A stretch of 63,363 nucleotides of DNA, filler included, from Bigelowiella natans CCMP2755 (Eukaryota; Protista; Cercozoa), in assembly GCA_000320545.1 (NCBI GenBank). It is 5 parts of 5 records of this genome, joined end to end, with 100 filler letters (N's around TTAATTAATTAA, not from the genome) between each part and the next. Parts side by side here need not be neighbours in the genome. Positions count along the whole stretch, not along the records: positions 21,411 to 49,999 come from ADNK01001992.1; positions 50,100 to 59,832 come from ADNK01001446.1; 3 more parts are not named here. One strand, written 5' to 3'. Below are positions 39,225-52,490 of the stretch, one piece after another. Within the stretch, counting starts at the first letter, position 1. Each line of letters starts with the position of its first letter. Below the pieces are notes generated by a model. It did not search any database and was not told the DNA's origin. It saw only the letters and a program-made list of their open reading frames with translations. A program made the position numbers and the translations under genes.

Positions 39225-40119
39225 AACCATATATGTATTATATGTGCTATTACTGTGTCTATAATATTTTATGGCATAATAGACATGTTACATGATACAT
39301 ATCTTAATTGCTACATAATATAACTGTGTCTATAATAAGCATTGCATGTGTGCTGCAAACACAGTGATCACACGTACATGTGCAACTTGTTGTGCTGTCA
39401 CTTTGTCCATCAGCACAAGTGTGCATCATCATGTCACATGCATGCATGCACATGTTCATTCGATTGGTTTGTGCATCCCGGACAGTGTTGATGATGGGGG
39501 ATGATGCATTCTGTTGTCACAGCGTGCATGTGGAACGATGTGATCGATGACAGGGCAACCTAGCATTTGTGTGACCCACCACCTTGCCCTTTCCGCATCT
39601 GCGCAGCAACGGCGCATGCTAGCATGTTCAGGCAAGCGCAACTCTGCAGCAAAGTTCGCGCTGAAGATTGTCAGGCCGCGGAAATTGTTGCAGATTCGAA
39701 ATTTCATTTTCAGTGGCAGTTTCACGAAAAATTGAAAATTCAATTTTTTGCGCCGCACTGTTTCTCATGCACACGACATTTTTTGCGTTGCGTGCAGCAC
39801 ATCATGAAAATATGCAAAAAGGCAAACTTTTGTTGAACAAATCGCGTGATCATCAACACTATCCGGGATACACAAACCGATCGAATGAACATGTGCATGC
39901 ATGCATGTGACATGATGATGCACACTTGTGCTGATGGACAAAGTGACAGCACAACAAGTTGCACATGTACGTGTGATCACTGTGTTTGCAGCACAAATGC
40001 AATGCTTATTATAGACACAGTTATATTATGTAGCAATTAAGATATGTATCATGTAACATGTCTATTATGCCATAAAATATTTTAGACACAGTAATAGCAC
40101 ATATAATATATATATGGTT
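39225..40119. mobile_element. Long inverted repeat (271-bp arms, 353-bp spacer); foldback/MITE-like non-coding element
   Basis: 39225-39495 is the reverse complement of 39849-40119 with 6 mismatches by eye. No credible ORF and no target-site duplication found, so the inverted repeat is certain but mobility is inferred. Confidence 0.7.
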
Positions 40120-40255
40120 TGCAGACTGCCTCACTTTATTACGCGCCATTGTGTAAAAAATAACCAATAGACACAAGGATTCTATTACATATATATATGC
40201 AACTTGTTGAGTAAAGTCTTGAGTAATGTTAAGTAATTACGTATATATATAAATA

Positions 40256-40291
<36 letters not shown>

Positions 40292-40372
40292 GTTGCAAAG
40301 CTATATTAGGATGACCATTGAAAAGATTTAATTTATTCATTACATCCGTCTCATATAAATATATGTATATAT

Positions 40373-40412
<40 letters not shown>

Positions 40413-40449
40413 TATATAAGATATATATCATACATAAAGTAGTCTAGAT

Positions 40450-43400
40450 GGAATATCTAGATATATAGCTGGTTCCATGTCTACTAGGAAATCCGCAACT
40501 AATAATGCGCTCACAGGGACTGCTCAGCAGCATCGTAGCAGTGGCATTTGGGAGTTGAGTGAGTATCTGTTGTGAGTCATTCACATGGCTTCGCTATGAT
40601 GGAAGAGTGCAAGATGTCACACTACACTCAGTCAAAATCGCTGTCGTCGTCATTGTCGTCGTTGCCGTCGCTTTCGTCCCCTGCAATGTCCTAAAAGGGG
40701 GTGGGTGAGATGCGCTGTTAGGTAGAAACAAATGCGGAAGCTGCACGCAGAGAGACCGGCAGAGTACCACAGTACCAATGATGATCATTGGCTGGGAAAA
40801 ACTTCTTGTGCTAGTTGGGTCAGGTTTCATTTCATGTTTTTGCGAGAAAGTGTTGGAGTAAGGGGCAGCTGGGGGAAGGGGAGGGGGAGGAGGGGGAGGG
40901 AGGAACAAGAAGAAATACGGCTTCCTTAATCGACTACATTTGCACGAGATTGTAGCATTTGCCTCAATCCTGAGAACATATCGTCCTTCTTGGCTCCTCG
41001 CTGTTATTCAAAGAAGATTAGCATTAGTAAATCATTATCACCAGAAACAACAACAACACAACATCATCATCATCATCAGCATCATCGTCATCATCATAGA
41101 ATCCCTCGTAACTGCCCGTTCCTCTAAATGAAGGACGTTAGTGGTGTATCTGCTACTACTACTACTACCACTACTACTACTACTGTTACCTGTTTCACTC
41201 GGTTCTGTCGTTTCACTTTCCGGAGGGTATGCGCTCTCATCTGCAGCTACGCACCACAACGGATAACAGTAAAAAAATCATTACTTCATGTACTCCTCCT
41301 CCTTCGTTTTCAACTACAACAACTACTACTTTTCCTTGTCTTCATTCATATGTTATACACTGCTGCTACTTGATCCTTGAGCGAGACTGGGCGCTTTGTG
41401 CGAGGAGGAGGCTCAATCCAGTGAGTCAGGTCGCCAGATAGCAAGCAAGGGGCTGGATTCTATGCGAGGTGTGTGTGTGGGGGGGGGGAGGGGATAAAGA
41501 AGACTCAGAAGCATTGTAAAGAACCGAAGAGGACGTTTCATATATCTTCAGATTCCTCCCCCCCCCTCTCCTCATGCTGCTATCTGTTTGAAGTGATTGG
41601 CCTTACAAGGAGCGAGGCTACAATGGACAATGCGCGGTCGGGTACTCCCGGAAGGGCCGTCTTGATCTCAAATGTGAGCGCTTCGCCAAAGTTTTCGCAC
41701 CCCCTCAGCACGGCCTCCTCCATCTTCTCATCGCTGCGAACCCGGAATAAAAACCAATCAGCATCGTCGTCGTTGCTTTCGTTGGAGCAATTGTTTGCGT
41801 AGATATCACATGGGGAATATAGCCTTTAATGCCATCATCCGCCGCCACCACCACCACCACCTCATCATCATCATCATCATCATTTATAACTGTATCTTCA
41901 TTGTGATGCCTAAGTACATGATACCACCCACAGCTAGCAGATTTGTGCAGGAGTAGCAAGTCGTAAGTAGCAGCAGTAGTAGTAGTACTAGTACTACTAC
42001 TAGTAGTAGTTGTCGGTACGTTTTGAGTATATCCCTGGCCTCCACCACCAGTGTCCAATCAAACTTCTCGACGACTCTCTCCATAAGGTACGATACCTTT
42101 GACATCATTTGAACATCGTCGTCAGATGCCGCAACAATATCAGCGGCGTAATCAGCCCTCACATCGACGAAGAAGAAGAAGAAGAAGACTTGTTCAGATC
42201 TATTAGGTACACCCACTGAGAGGGAGAATCTAACAACTATGGGTAATTACCCCCTCAAAGTTTTGCTCATCCGCCATGACCTAATCTCGGAAGAGGGGCG
42301 GGGGGGGTGGGGGAGGGAGGGGGGCAATTACTTCCTGTTTTCTGTCATCATCATCATCAGTCATCATCACCACCATCATCAACCATCATCAACCATCTTC
42401 ATCACCATCAATAAATCATCATCCCAAGAACACAATCGGTTGTTGTTGTTGTTGTTGTTGTTCTTGTTCTTGTTCTTGTTCTTGTTGCTGCAAACGCATA
42501 CATACCGTGAGTGGAGAGACTCCCTCGTGGTTTGAGTACGCTACATCAGCCCCGCAGTCAATAAGCATATCCGCACACTCAAAGCCCCCTGTTTGTACTG
42601 CGAGCGTCAATGCCGTGCTGCCGTCGTTGTTCTCATGGTTGATATCAGCAGAAGATCCAACCAGGGTTGCGGCAATTTCTAGATTCCCAATCTCCGCTGC
42701 AAGGGTCAGCTACATACACGACACAATTGGTGGTGGTGACGGTGGTGGTGGTTGCTGTCTTTAAATTTAAGATAGTGTACCGCTGTGTCGCCCAGAGAAT
42801 CAGCAGCATTTATGTTGGCCTTTGCTTCGATCAAGGCCACTATTATCGGCAAGTTCTCCTCTGAGTAAGGAGTGGAAATAATGTCTTCGTGAAGGGGAGG
42901 GGGGGATCAAGATGCAGCCGGAAGAGGAAAATTGCAGGTTACGTATCTACTGTGCGTGCGTGTGTGCGTGTGTATGTGTATGTGTGTGTCCGTGCGTTTT
43001 TGTCCATCATTTTAATATTCATCCTTATTGCCCATTGTTGGACTTTTTCGTCGTCCTTTCTCTGCACACACGCATGTATGCACACACGCACACACACACA
43101 CACACCAGACGCAAAGTACCACCTGTCGTAGCAAGATGGAGTGCCGTGTTGCGGTTACGATCGTACGTATTCGCGGACGCCTATTCAGGAAGGCAAAAGC
43201 ACAGGTCGCCAAAAACCGTTCTTCAGTGGCGCTATTTGCTATGATATACATACGCTGTGTTAAGTTGTAAAAACTCGATATATTTTTAAGGAGAAGGTAC
43301 GGCGGGAGGTCAGAAGAAATGAAACAAACTTTTGCATCCAACAGGATTTTTGCGGACTTCACGTCGCCGCTATAGCATGCTCCCATCAACGCTGTATTTC

Positions 43401-45347
43401 CATTCCGATTTTGATGCTCAAGGTCCGCCTGAAGAAAGGCAGAGGGGGGGGGGGGGGGGCAGTAGAAGGAGATGAATAGAGGCGGGTGGAAGCTGCTCTC
43501 GTGCAGGAGAACAACTCGTCGGCGTAAGTAGTACCGCTGCTTTGATGAGGATTGCTGTGCAATCGCTGGCCTTAGAGAAGCTTGCCTTTTGACGAAGTGC
43601 CACGGTTTCAATATTAGTGGACGCGCGGGACATTATGGAAGTAACAACAAAAGAAATCTGCAGCAGCGAGAAAGTAGGAGTCCAATCTGGTATGTGTGTA
43701 TATACGGGAAAATATCTGCAAATCCCTCCCCAATTCCTAACCCCAATCCTCCCTTTCGGCGGGGGTAGTTCATTACCACGATGAGAGGTGTGGCGCCCTC
43801 TTCCTTGCTATTTTGGTTGACATTTGCCTTCGCCTGCACGAGGAGGGATAGTATCTTAGCCTGGCTCTTTGTGCTGCTGAGAAATGCTTTGAAGATAGGA
43901 TAGGCCGACGAGGCGTCCGGTTCATTCAAACTTGCCCTCGCTGAGATCAAAAGCTTGATACAGCCTAGGAAGAAGAAGGCAAAGGGGGGGAGGGGGGGGG
44001 GGGAGAAGAAGAAGAAGATCCAGCAGATTATCATTATCAGGAACAGCCACCACTTCTCTACCAAATCCTCCTCCTTCTTCCTCCTCCTCATTCTCCTCCT
44101 CCTACTGCTGCTATTGCTACTACCGCTACTACCCTCACCCACTATTTGGACCTAAATGTCCGACATTCAGCGCAGCATCCAGAGGCACTCTGCCGTCGTT
44201 GTCCATCCCATCAACATCGGCCTTCGCCTCATTTAGCAGGTACGCGACAACGTGCTTCTGCTTGTTTTCGACCGCGCTGATGAGAGGCGTCGTGCCGTTG
44301 TCCTCCGACATATTCACAGACGCCTTGGCTTCCAAGAGCACCTGGCACCCCTCCAAATTCCCTGCAATAATGGTCCCCCAAACACACGTTTTACTCACGC
44401 AGTACGTACGAGGGCTTTGTGGGGGGGGGGGGAGAGTCATCGAACGTATTCTCATATGCACATCTAAGTATGTTGTTCATCTTGATGATGTGATGATGTG
44501 ATGTACTTAAGACCGCACCAAGGTATTACTACTACTATTACACTTCTACAACAACTACTACTACAATGACCTTCTCTTGCAGCCCCATTGAGAGACTCTG
44601 TCAGGGAGTTTGTCTTTTCATATTCTGCCTCCTGCTGCGTGGATGAGGTCACGACTGATGAACTTCTATTGAGCACCGACTGCTGGTGAGCTTGGGAGAG
44701 TGGAACCCTTTTGTTAATGGCGATGGAGGCGCACAGTTAGGTGAGATTGCTGGGTTATCCCAATTCGAGGGGAAATTGCAAAAGGACCCACTCAAAGTGA
44801 CGATGCCACTTCCAGAAAGCTAAGCATTCATACTGATTCCGAAGCATTGCGATATGTACAACGACCTGTTCTGCCCCTCTTCATCGAGGGCAGCAGCAGT
44901 GCGATCAGTCTGCAGGTTCTCTTGCCCCCTCCCGAGGCTTTCCAAAGAGGATAGACGACTCCGTAGAAGCTTGACTTCGTTCTCCAAAAACTCCACCTTC
45001 TTTGCCTTTTCGATCAGCCTATTTCGTGTGTGTGGTAGCACGACATTTGAGTACTAGTAATAACTGGTCGCACAGGGTATCATTTTAGGGTGTACTGCCG
45101 TTGGAAAAGAAGCAGTTAACAAATTGGCTACGAACATTAGCCTAAGGCTGCCGCCCACCCCCGTTATTCAAAATACCATGGCAGCAGTGCAATGAGGCTT
45201 CGCATATCGCAAGGATTGCTGGCCGCCTTTTCCACTGAAAATTAAAGAGAGACGATTCATCAGGTACAACACGGTCATTCCCTTCACAGTGAGTCGTGGC
45301 TTCGCACCATCTTTCCACGTCAGTGCAGCTGCCTTGTTATCTGCCAT
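40450..45347 (-). CDS. Ankyrin-repeat protein with N-terminal coiled coil; multi-exon
   Basis: ATG 45347; coiled-coil-like LIEKAKKVEFLENEVKLLRSRLSSLE; ankyrin units DNGTTPLISAVE..LLNEAKADVD, EGATPLIV, NGNTALMGACYSGDVKSAKILLDAK, RNTALHLATT, DGSTALTLAVQTGGFECADMLIDCGADV. 3' end approximate. Confidence 0.88.
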
Positions 45348-45942
45348 TACGAATAATGTGGCCAGCTCCAGGCGAAAAAGATAAAGCGCAGGAGGGGGGG
45401 GGGCGAGGGCGAGGGCTGATATTTGTCGGCAGAGCACGCGAGTACGTAAGTCGTTCCTCGGCTACGTCTGGTCTGGTTTTTATTTTAGACAAAAATATTT
45501 AGTAATTCCTCGCATGAACTAATGCCTCAAATATCATTCAAGATGGCGCTCGCTCTATGCGAGTACGAAGCGGCAGAAGAGCACGTGCAGTTCGGTCTCC
45601 TGCTAAGACACCGATCTGGCCTTGTCGCAGGCCGCGAACATCAGGCGATTTTCTCCCGATTTAGTCAAATAATCCCACGAATCCCTGAGAAAGGGGTTAC
45701 TGACCGGCACTTGCGGGAGAACAAAAAATCGGATTTTTTCCCATATCAACGGTCGTTCCGATTCGTGTGTGAGAACAGAGTTCAGAGACCTGGAGAAGTG
45801 ATTAGAGGGAGAGCCATCAAGGCAAGAAGAAGAAGAAGAAGAAGAAGAAGATGATGATGATGAAGAAGAAGAAGCCCTAAGGAGAAGATGGAGAGGGGAT
45901 TTGGGCAAAGCTGAATGTAATTTATTGGTTATAGGTGCAACG

Positions 45943-46520
45943 ATGGCTGAAGATGAAAAGGAGGAGCTCCTTTATGATGGCTGTGGTAATAGCCAGGGAT
46001 CCACAATGGAGGACTGGAGGTAGGTCACACTCCACCGCACCCATCAGCACAAATAGTGAGAAGCATTGCAACAAATATACGCGCTAGATCGGCATCCGAT
46101 CTTGGGACAAGCTTCATCACCATAATCTCTCCTCGTCACCTCGTAGCTACCTCGCATCATCGACGTCATTCAATGTCCAATGAATGTCTAATTCTGTTCT
46201 TCAGCGCCCTTAAAGGAGAGAACCCGTTGTGGAAGAATTTCTTACGATGCGCTCTGGTGCCATCCACTGGAGGTGCCCCCGCTTTAGACGATCATACGCA
46301 CAAGATCTCGCAGCAAAATTCTCGAATAATCATACGTCGCTTGATGTCTCTTTTGATTGGTTCCAATATGCTGCTATATTAGGCGCGGCGTGTGGAATGG
46401 GGCTGGGCAATATTGGTGGTGTCGTCGCATCGAGGGGATTCAAGGTGGTTAAAACAACATAGTCTACAACTTACAACTGCAACATAAAAATTCGGCAGCA
46501 TCGTTCCAAAACATATTTAA

Positions 46521-46560
<40 letters not shown>

Positions 46561-46914
46561 TCCCCCCCTTCTTCCCCCGCAGGATGCGTATCGGAATCCC
46601 TCTGACTCCATGGTGGGTGTGAGTGAGTGTACTTTGAGATTGAGAGTAATCAAGAAGTAGTTCAAAGAATAAGGAAATGCAACGTCGTCGTTGTCATGAT
46701 ATGTTTTCCCCTGCCCCCACCACGAATGAATCTCCCTGCTGTAAGTGATGTAAATGGTGTATTCTTTAGGTGATTTGTTCCCCTTCCTTTTCTAAATATG
46801 TGCTCCCTTTTTCCTCTGGCTTGTATTTAGATTGAAGCTCTTGTCAGCGCCATGCCTCTAGGTACAATTTTTGCAACGCACACACACACACACACACGGG
46901 CGCACGCGCGCGCT

Positions 46915-46950
<36 letters not shown>

Positions 46951-47872
46951 GGGGGGGGGGGGGCGGAGAGAACATTTGTAATAATATCATTTTCAGTCGA
47001 GGCGATTTAACTAACTCTTGCTGACCAAATAATTGAAGTGGTTGTGCCGCAGCTAAACAAACAACACTACATATTATGAATTTTTATATTTATATATAAA
47101 TTTATAAATAGGGGCCATTTGTGGGTCTGTATTCGTTGGATACCTCATGGACCGATTTGGAAGGTGCTGTTCTCCCTACTTACAAACTGCCTTCTGCTAC
47201 TACTACTACTACTACTACTACTACTATTGCGTGGGAGGATCTTGCGTGTGAAGCATAGTGCATATTGCCTTTACTAAATTCCCCTTTTCCTCTTTTTCTA
47301 GGAGGTCCAGTAGCATGCTGGTGGCAGTTCTGATCATGATTTCGAGTCTACTGCTCTTCATCCCGGTATTAAATACATTGGGAGTTGTTTGCTGTTGTGG
47401 TAGTTGATGCAGGCTGGAATTGAACGGCGTACTATCGGCGAAGAGGGGGGGGGGGGGAGGGAGGCAGAGAGAGACTGCGCGCGCAGCTTTGTTACGCTAC
47501 TTACACATTTGAAGGGCTGGATCTTGTGATTTGTCCGTAGTTGTGGGTATTCTTACCCTGGTGGGCTATTTTCCTCTGCAGATTTTTCGTTGGGGTCGGT
47601 GCTTTCACTCATTAAACATAAGATACCCCCCCCCCTTGAACGTTTCCAACACGAATTCACAAGGCAGCACGCACCGCTCGGCTCAAAGAAATCCTTCTCT
47701 CCATACCCCCCCTTTGCTTTTCGTCGGAGCTTCTACTCATCGAGGTCCTTCCTCGCTGCTTCTTGTTATTGTATGCGCCGCCAACAGATCGGTACAGGGA
47801 TGGGCTATGGTACAATCTACACGATGGGCGCGGAAATGGCGCACCCTTCGTAAGTTGATCGATAAGAGAGAG

Positions 47873-47908
<36 letters not shown>

Positions 47909-48265
47909 TGTAAGAGGGGAAAAGAAGGAACCTCCTTCACCGCCTCAAAGGCTGCACGCAACAAACAACGATAACGAAGGCGGTGTCAATAATTACGACG
48001 ACGAAGTAGTGCCGTAGTTGATGATGATGTGTGTTTCTATAGATCATATGATAACTCTGTCTATAATTGTACCGATTCCCACTCTCCTCCTCCTCCACCC
48101 CCCCCCCATCTTCATAGGTACAGAGGGCGAATCCTAACCCTTGTGCAAGTGTTTACGACCGTGGGAATATTCCTGGGATATCTGACAAATCTGGTACTAG
48201 AAATGAATGAATGGCATGTCTGCCTACTTTGCGAACGTATTGGCAGTGATGGTGCTGCTGTTTGT

Positions 48266-48297
<32 letters not shown>

Positions 48298-48636
48298 AAA
48301 AAGTATCGTGATCTTCTTGAAGGGAGGAATAGCTGCAGTGTGCTTTTCACTATCATGCGTGGTCTTTTTAATACCTGAAAAGCTCATCTTCTTTTCTCTT
48401 CCTCTTCTTCTTCTTCTTCTTATTTATTGTTTTTCTTTGATAAGATTGCTCTAACGTCATCTCAATCAGCATGGTGCATGAGTCTCGGTAGCAGCAGCAG
48501 CAGCAGTAGTAGTAGTATCTTCTCTGTAACAAATGCGGTAGCCTAGTGTTTACCACATAGCAGCTAGTTGTGCGAACATGGGTGATGAGTTGATATAGAT
48601 GTATATTCCGAATTTAAACACTTTGCACATGACGAG

Positions 48637-48682
<46 letters not shown>

Positions 48683-48902
48683 ACACACTCACTTACTCAC
48701 GCACACACGCAAAGGGGTCCAAGGGCTCGTAGCGATTCCATTCTTCCTTGTGGCATACTTCGGTGAAGTTGGATATATTATTGTTGTTGTTGATGATGAT
48801 GGTGGTGGTGGTTGTGAGGAGGAGGAGGAGGATGAGATTGATGATGGTGAGTTGTTGTTGATGATGATGGTACGCGAAATACTTTCCCCATCCTTGTTGG
48901 TA

Positions 48903-48934
<32 letters not shown>

Positions 48935-48936
48935 GT

Positions 48937-48986
<50 letters not shown>

Positions 48987-49917
48987 ACGGGCGTTTGCTT
49001 CAACAACTATTTGCTTTAAACCCCAAAATATCTTGTGCATGCAAAGATGACTATCATCATCACCATTATCATCACCGTCATCATCACCGTCATCGTTGCT
49101 CCTTCTAGGAGTCTGTTTCCCCTTTTATCTTACTCTTTTGCAAACAACAACTATTTGTTAATTACATGTGTGCGTTGAATGAATGTCCAACGGTGCTACT
49201 GCTGCTGGAAGGCCCGGAATCTCCAAGGTAAAATTTAGGGAGGGGGGGGGGGAGGGGAGCAACGAAGTCCCCGCTTATTCTTTGGCCGGTGCATGGGCAC
49301 GACTTGAGATTAACCTCATATTTGAACAAACACCATCACCTCCTAGAGAAAGAGAGAGAGAGAGTGGGAGACAAAACACGAATCTTCTTCTTCTTCATCA
49401 TCACCATCATCATCATTATCATCACCATCATAATGCAATATACAATAAGAACAACGCCAACCAAACCAGGTGGCTAATGATGCAAGGATATAGAAATTTA
49501 CCCGGGAGAACCCTTTGTTCCCTAAGGACCCCGAGGGTCTGTACATGTGCGCGCGGCGGGGCTCAAATGGGGTCAGCCCCAAAAGAAAAGGGGTGCCTTT
49601 CTTCCCCCCCCCCCCCCCCCTCCCCCGTTCTCCCGTCCGTTCCCTGCTCCCTCCCATCATCCCATCCATTAAAGGACGATGTGAGGGAAGAGCTTCAAGC
49701 AATGTCTGCTGCGGCGGCTGCTACTGCGGATGCAAGGACAGCCGCGTGGCAGCACCGTCGGAGTAGCTGCAATGGGAGGCTCCCAGTCATCAAGGAGGAC
49801 CAGCGAAGGGGGGGGTCAATAGGCACTGCCTCGTCTGTTGCTGCGGGACAAAAATCCTCCGATAGTTCCGGTGGGTGGAAGGACCTCTGCGCGCGATCGC
49901 ATCGGAAGATGGCGGCG
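45943..49917 (+). CDS. MFS sugar porter family transporter, N-terminal half; truncated by gap
   Basis: IEALVSAMPL|GAICGSVFVGYLMDRFGR|R, AEMAHPS|YRGRILTLVQVFTTVGIFLGY, and PESPR|WL are sugar porter signature motifs. Confidence 0.9.
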
Positions 49918-49999
49918 GTACGTGTGGCACATGACACGTATTTATATATGTAAATAAATATTTATACAAATATAATATATATATATATATATATATATA

Positions 50000-50099
50000 N
50001 NNNNNNNNNNNNNNNNNNNNNNNNNNNNNNNNNNNNNNNNNNNTTAATTAATTAANNNNNNNNNNNNNNNNNNNNNNNNNNNNNNNNNNNNNNNNNNNN
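50000..50099. other. Scaffold gap with TTAATTAATTAA linker
   Basis: N-run, linker, N-run. Confidence 0.98.
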
Positions 50100-50272
50100 C
50101 TTCCCAGTCACCCCACCACGAACATGGCCGGCAATCTCGTATTTGACCTCCTCTTCTTTAACGTCTCTCTGCCCCTCCTCCTCCTCCTCGTCAAGAGCCT
50201 TGCTGCCCACACCCATCCTCTTCATCCTGTCAACGATGCTTGAATCTACGGACCTCTGCGTCTGGTCTTGGG

Positions 50273-50310
<38 letters not shown>

Positions 50311-52261
50311 TCTCCCTCCTCCTCTACTTGTTTGGCTATTCTCCCCTTCTTACTCTTCTTCGTCTCACTTCCTTTGTTACTGCTTGTTCCCCCTCTTCCT
50401 TTCACTTCTCCTTCCTCCTCCTCCTCCTCCTCCTCCACCTCCTCCTTCTCTACCGAGGCTGTACGTGTCCTCTTGATCTTTGTGAGTTCTCCTTTCTTGC
50501 CTCCTCTTTCTCCCGTCTCTCCCCCCTCGTCCTTTCCCCTTCCTACTACTGCCGATGGCTGAGAGGGGTGTGCAGCACCGTTGGTGGTGACGGTGGAGGG
50601 GGTTGAAGAGTGCAAAGCCAGCCCTGCAAGAATGGACCTTTGGAGACGGACGTGGATGCGTGTTGCGTTGTTGTAGATACTCTGCATCTCAGACGTAAAA
50701 CCCTGATAAAAAGTAAAAACATATATAGTAATATATATAATGTGTGCGTTTGTGCAGGTACATATGATATGCATAATAGTGCTGCAGCTGGGCACGAGAA
50801 GTGTGGGGGGAGAGGACAAGCACGCAGCGCACGCCAACGGGAGGAGAGGGATGATATGCAGCAAGCGATTAGCTGCACACGTGACAATAACGCTGCTATA
50901 AGCATCCGCTACACTACACTGCTATTCTACACTTCTGTGGGTGCTACTTTTGATTTCTTCGTGAGCTCAAGGCAACGATGGAGAACGGCGGTGGGGTCGA
51001 ACCCTTCATGCTCCTTTTCCCGACGCAGGCGACGACGCACGATGCGATTGCCGCTGTACCAGTCGTCAGCTTGCTTTGCGGTCTTTCCGAGCATCCCGTG
51101 CGTACGCCGTAGCTTCTGGCACTTTATTCTACCCGTGAAATATCGTGCAAGGGGTGGAGAGAGAGGGGAGGAGGGGAGGGGGGGGGGGTGGCATTGTAAG
51201 ATCGTAGGAGCGGCACAGAAGTAATGGTTATCCCGAACCTGAACGTCCTCGTTATCACATCCCCGAGGGCAGTCTCGTCAGTAGCTAATGAACGAAGAAG
51301 CGCCTTCAGATCTTTACTCCCCGGGGCCGACGAAGAGGGGAAGGAGGAGGAGGAGGAGGAGGAGGGCGAAGGCGGTGCCGAGGACAGGAACGGCGGGGAC
51401 GTCAGTATGGGCGATGACGGTGAAGCTTGCGACGATGATGAATGTTTCGATGAGTCCACCACGGATCCAGAATGCCACCATCGGGTTTGACTGCTGTCTC
51501 CGCTGATTTTGTTAGTTGATTCAACGTCTTAGTCGTTACAGCACACTTTAAAAGGATGGTGAGGATGGCAGAGGCTAAAACAGAGACGCGAGCATTGTGG
51601 TATGGCTGCTGCTCTGATGATGCCGGATTAGATCGCTCAGGATCATCCATCGGGGTAGCCGCTGCCATCATCATGCACTGCAATACTCATCACACTCATC
51701 ACGATCTCTCTGTCTCTCTCTCTGTTCTTCGAACCACTATCGGTGGGATTGTTTGTGCTTTTTACCGAGACGAAGAGGCGAGGCCAATGGAGAATCCACA
51801 GAGGATCAAGATCGCTAGTTGTCTAACGAAATAAAGAAAGCTAAGGAAGGGAGGGAAGAAGGGAAGGAGGAAGGGAGGGAGGAGGGGAGGAGAAAAGGAG
51901 ATCCTCCTGGGATGGAGAGTGCTCAATCTCACAGGTAGCCCCTCAGTGAAACGATGGTTGCAGCAGCAGCACCAGCAGCTGATATTTTAGTTGATCAAAT
52001 CGATTGATTAGCGGTGGACTATTTACTTGGTGGTTCTTCTCCTCCTCTGCATTCCCGTCATCCGCGCCATTTCGCTGCATAGTCCCGCTGTCTCCTCCCC
52101 CTCTTCCTCCTCCTCCTTCACCTCCTCTCCTTTATGGCGACGACCACCCATGCTTTCGTAGGACAAGAGAGACAAAGGAATCAACGAGTAGAACAGTGAT
52201 ACCGTCCCCGCGCCAGTCCTCCACTCCGGCGGCTCAGCGGCTGCGGGCACTGATCACTGAG
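50100..52261 (-). CDS. Multi-exon hypothetical protein with E/Q/S low-complexity tracts; truncated by gap
   Basis: Non-repetitive coding-like segments (VSVLASAILTILLKCAV, KDLKALLRSLATDETALGDVITRTF, KQADDWYSGNRIVRRRLRREKEHEGFDP, GFTSEMQSIYNNATRIHVRLQRSIL) bounded by splice-like sites. No family recognised. Confidence 0.5.
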
Positions 52262-52490
52262 GCGTCAAACGCGCGATGCAGTAGTTCATTTTTTTACCCA
52301 TGATTTGACCTGAAGAACTGGCAATATATTTTTTAATTTTGGATAGATCCGCGCGTCTGTCGGGAATGAAACTTGTCCAAACTATTCGGTCAATTTCAGG
52401 TTAAATTTATTTCAGAAAGACTTCGTTGTCTGTCTCTCATGTGAGTCGACACTGAGATTCCGTCAGCAGCCCCCCCGTCCTCCTCCCTCA

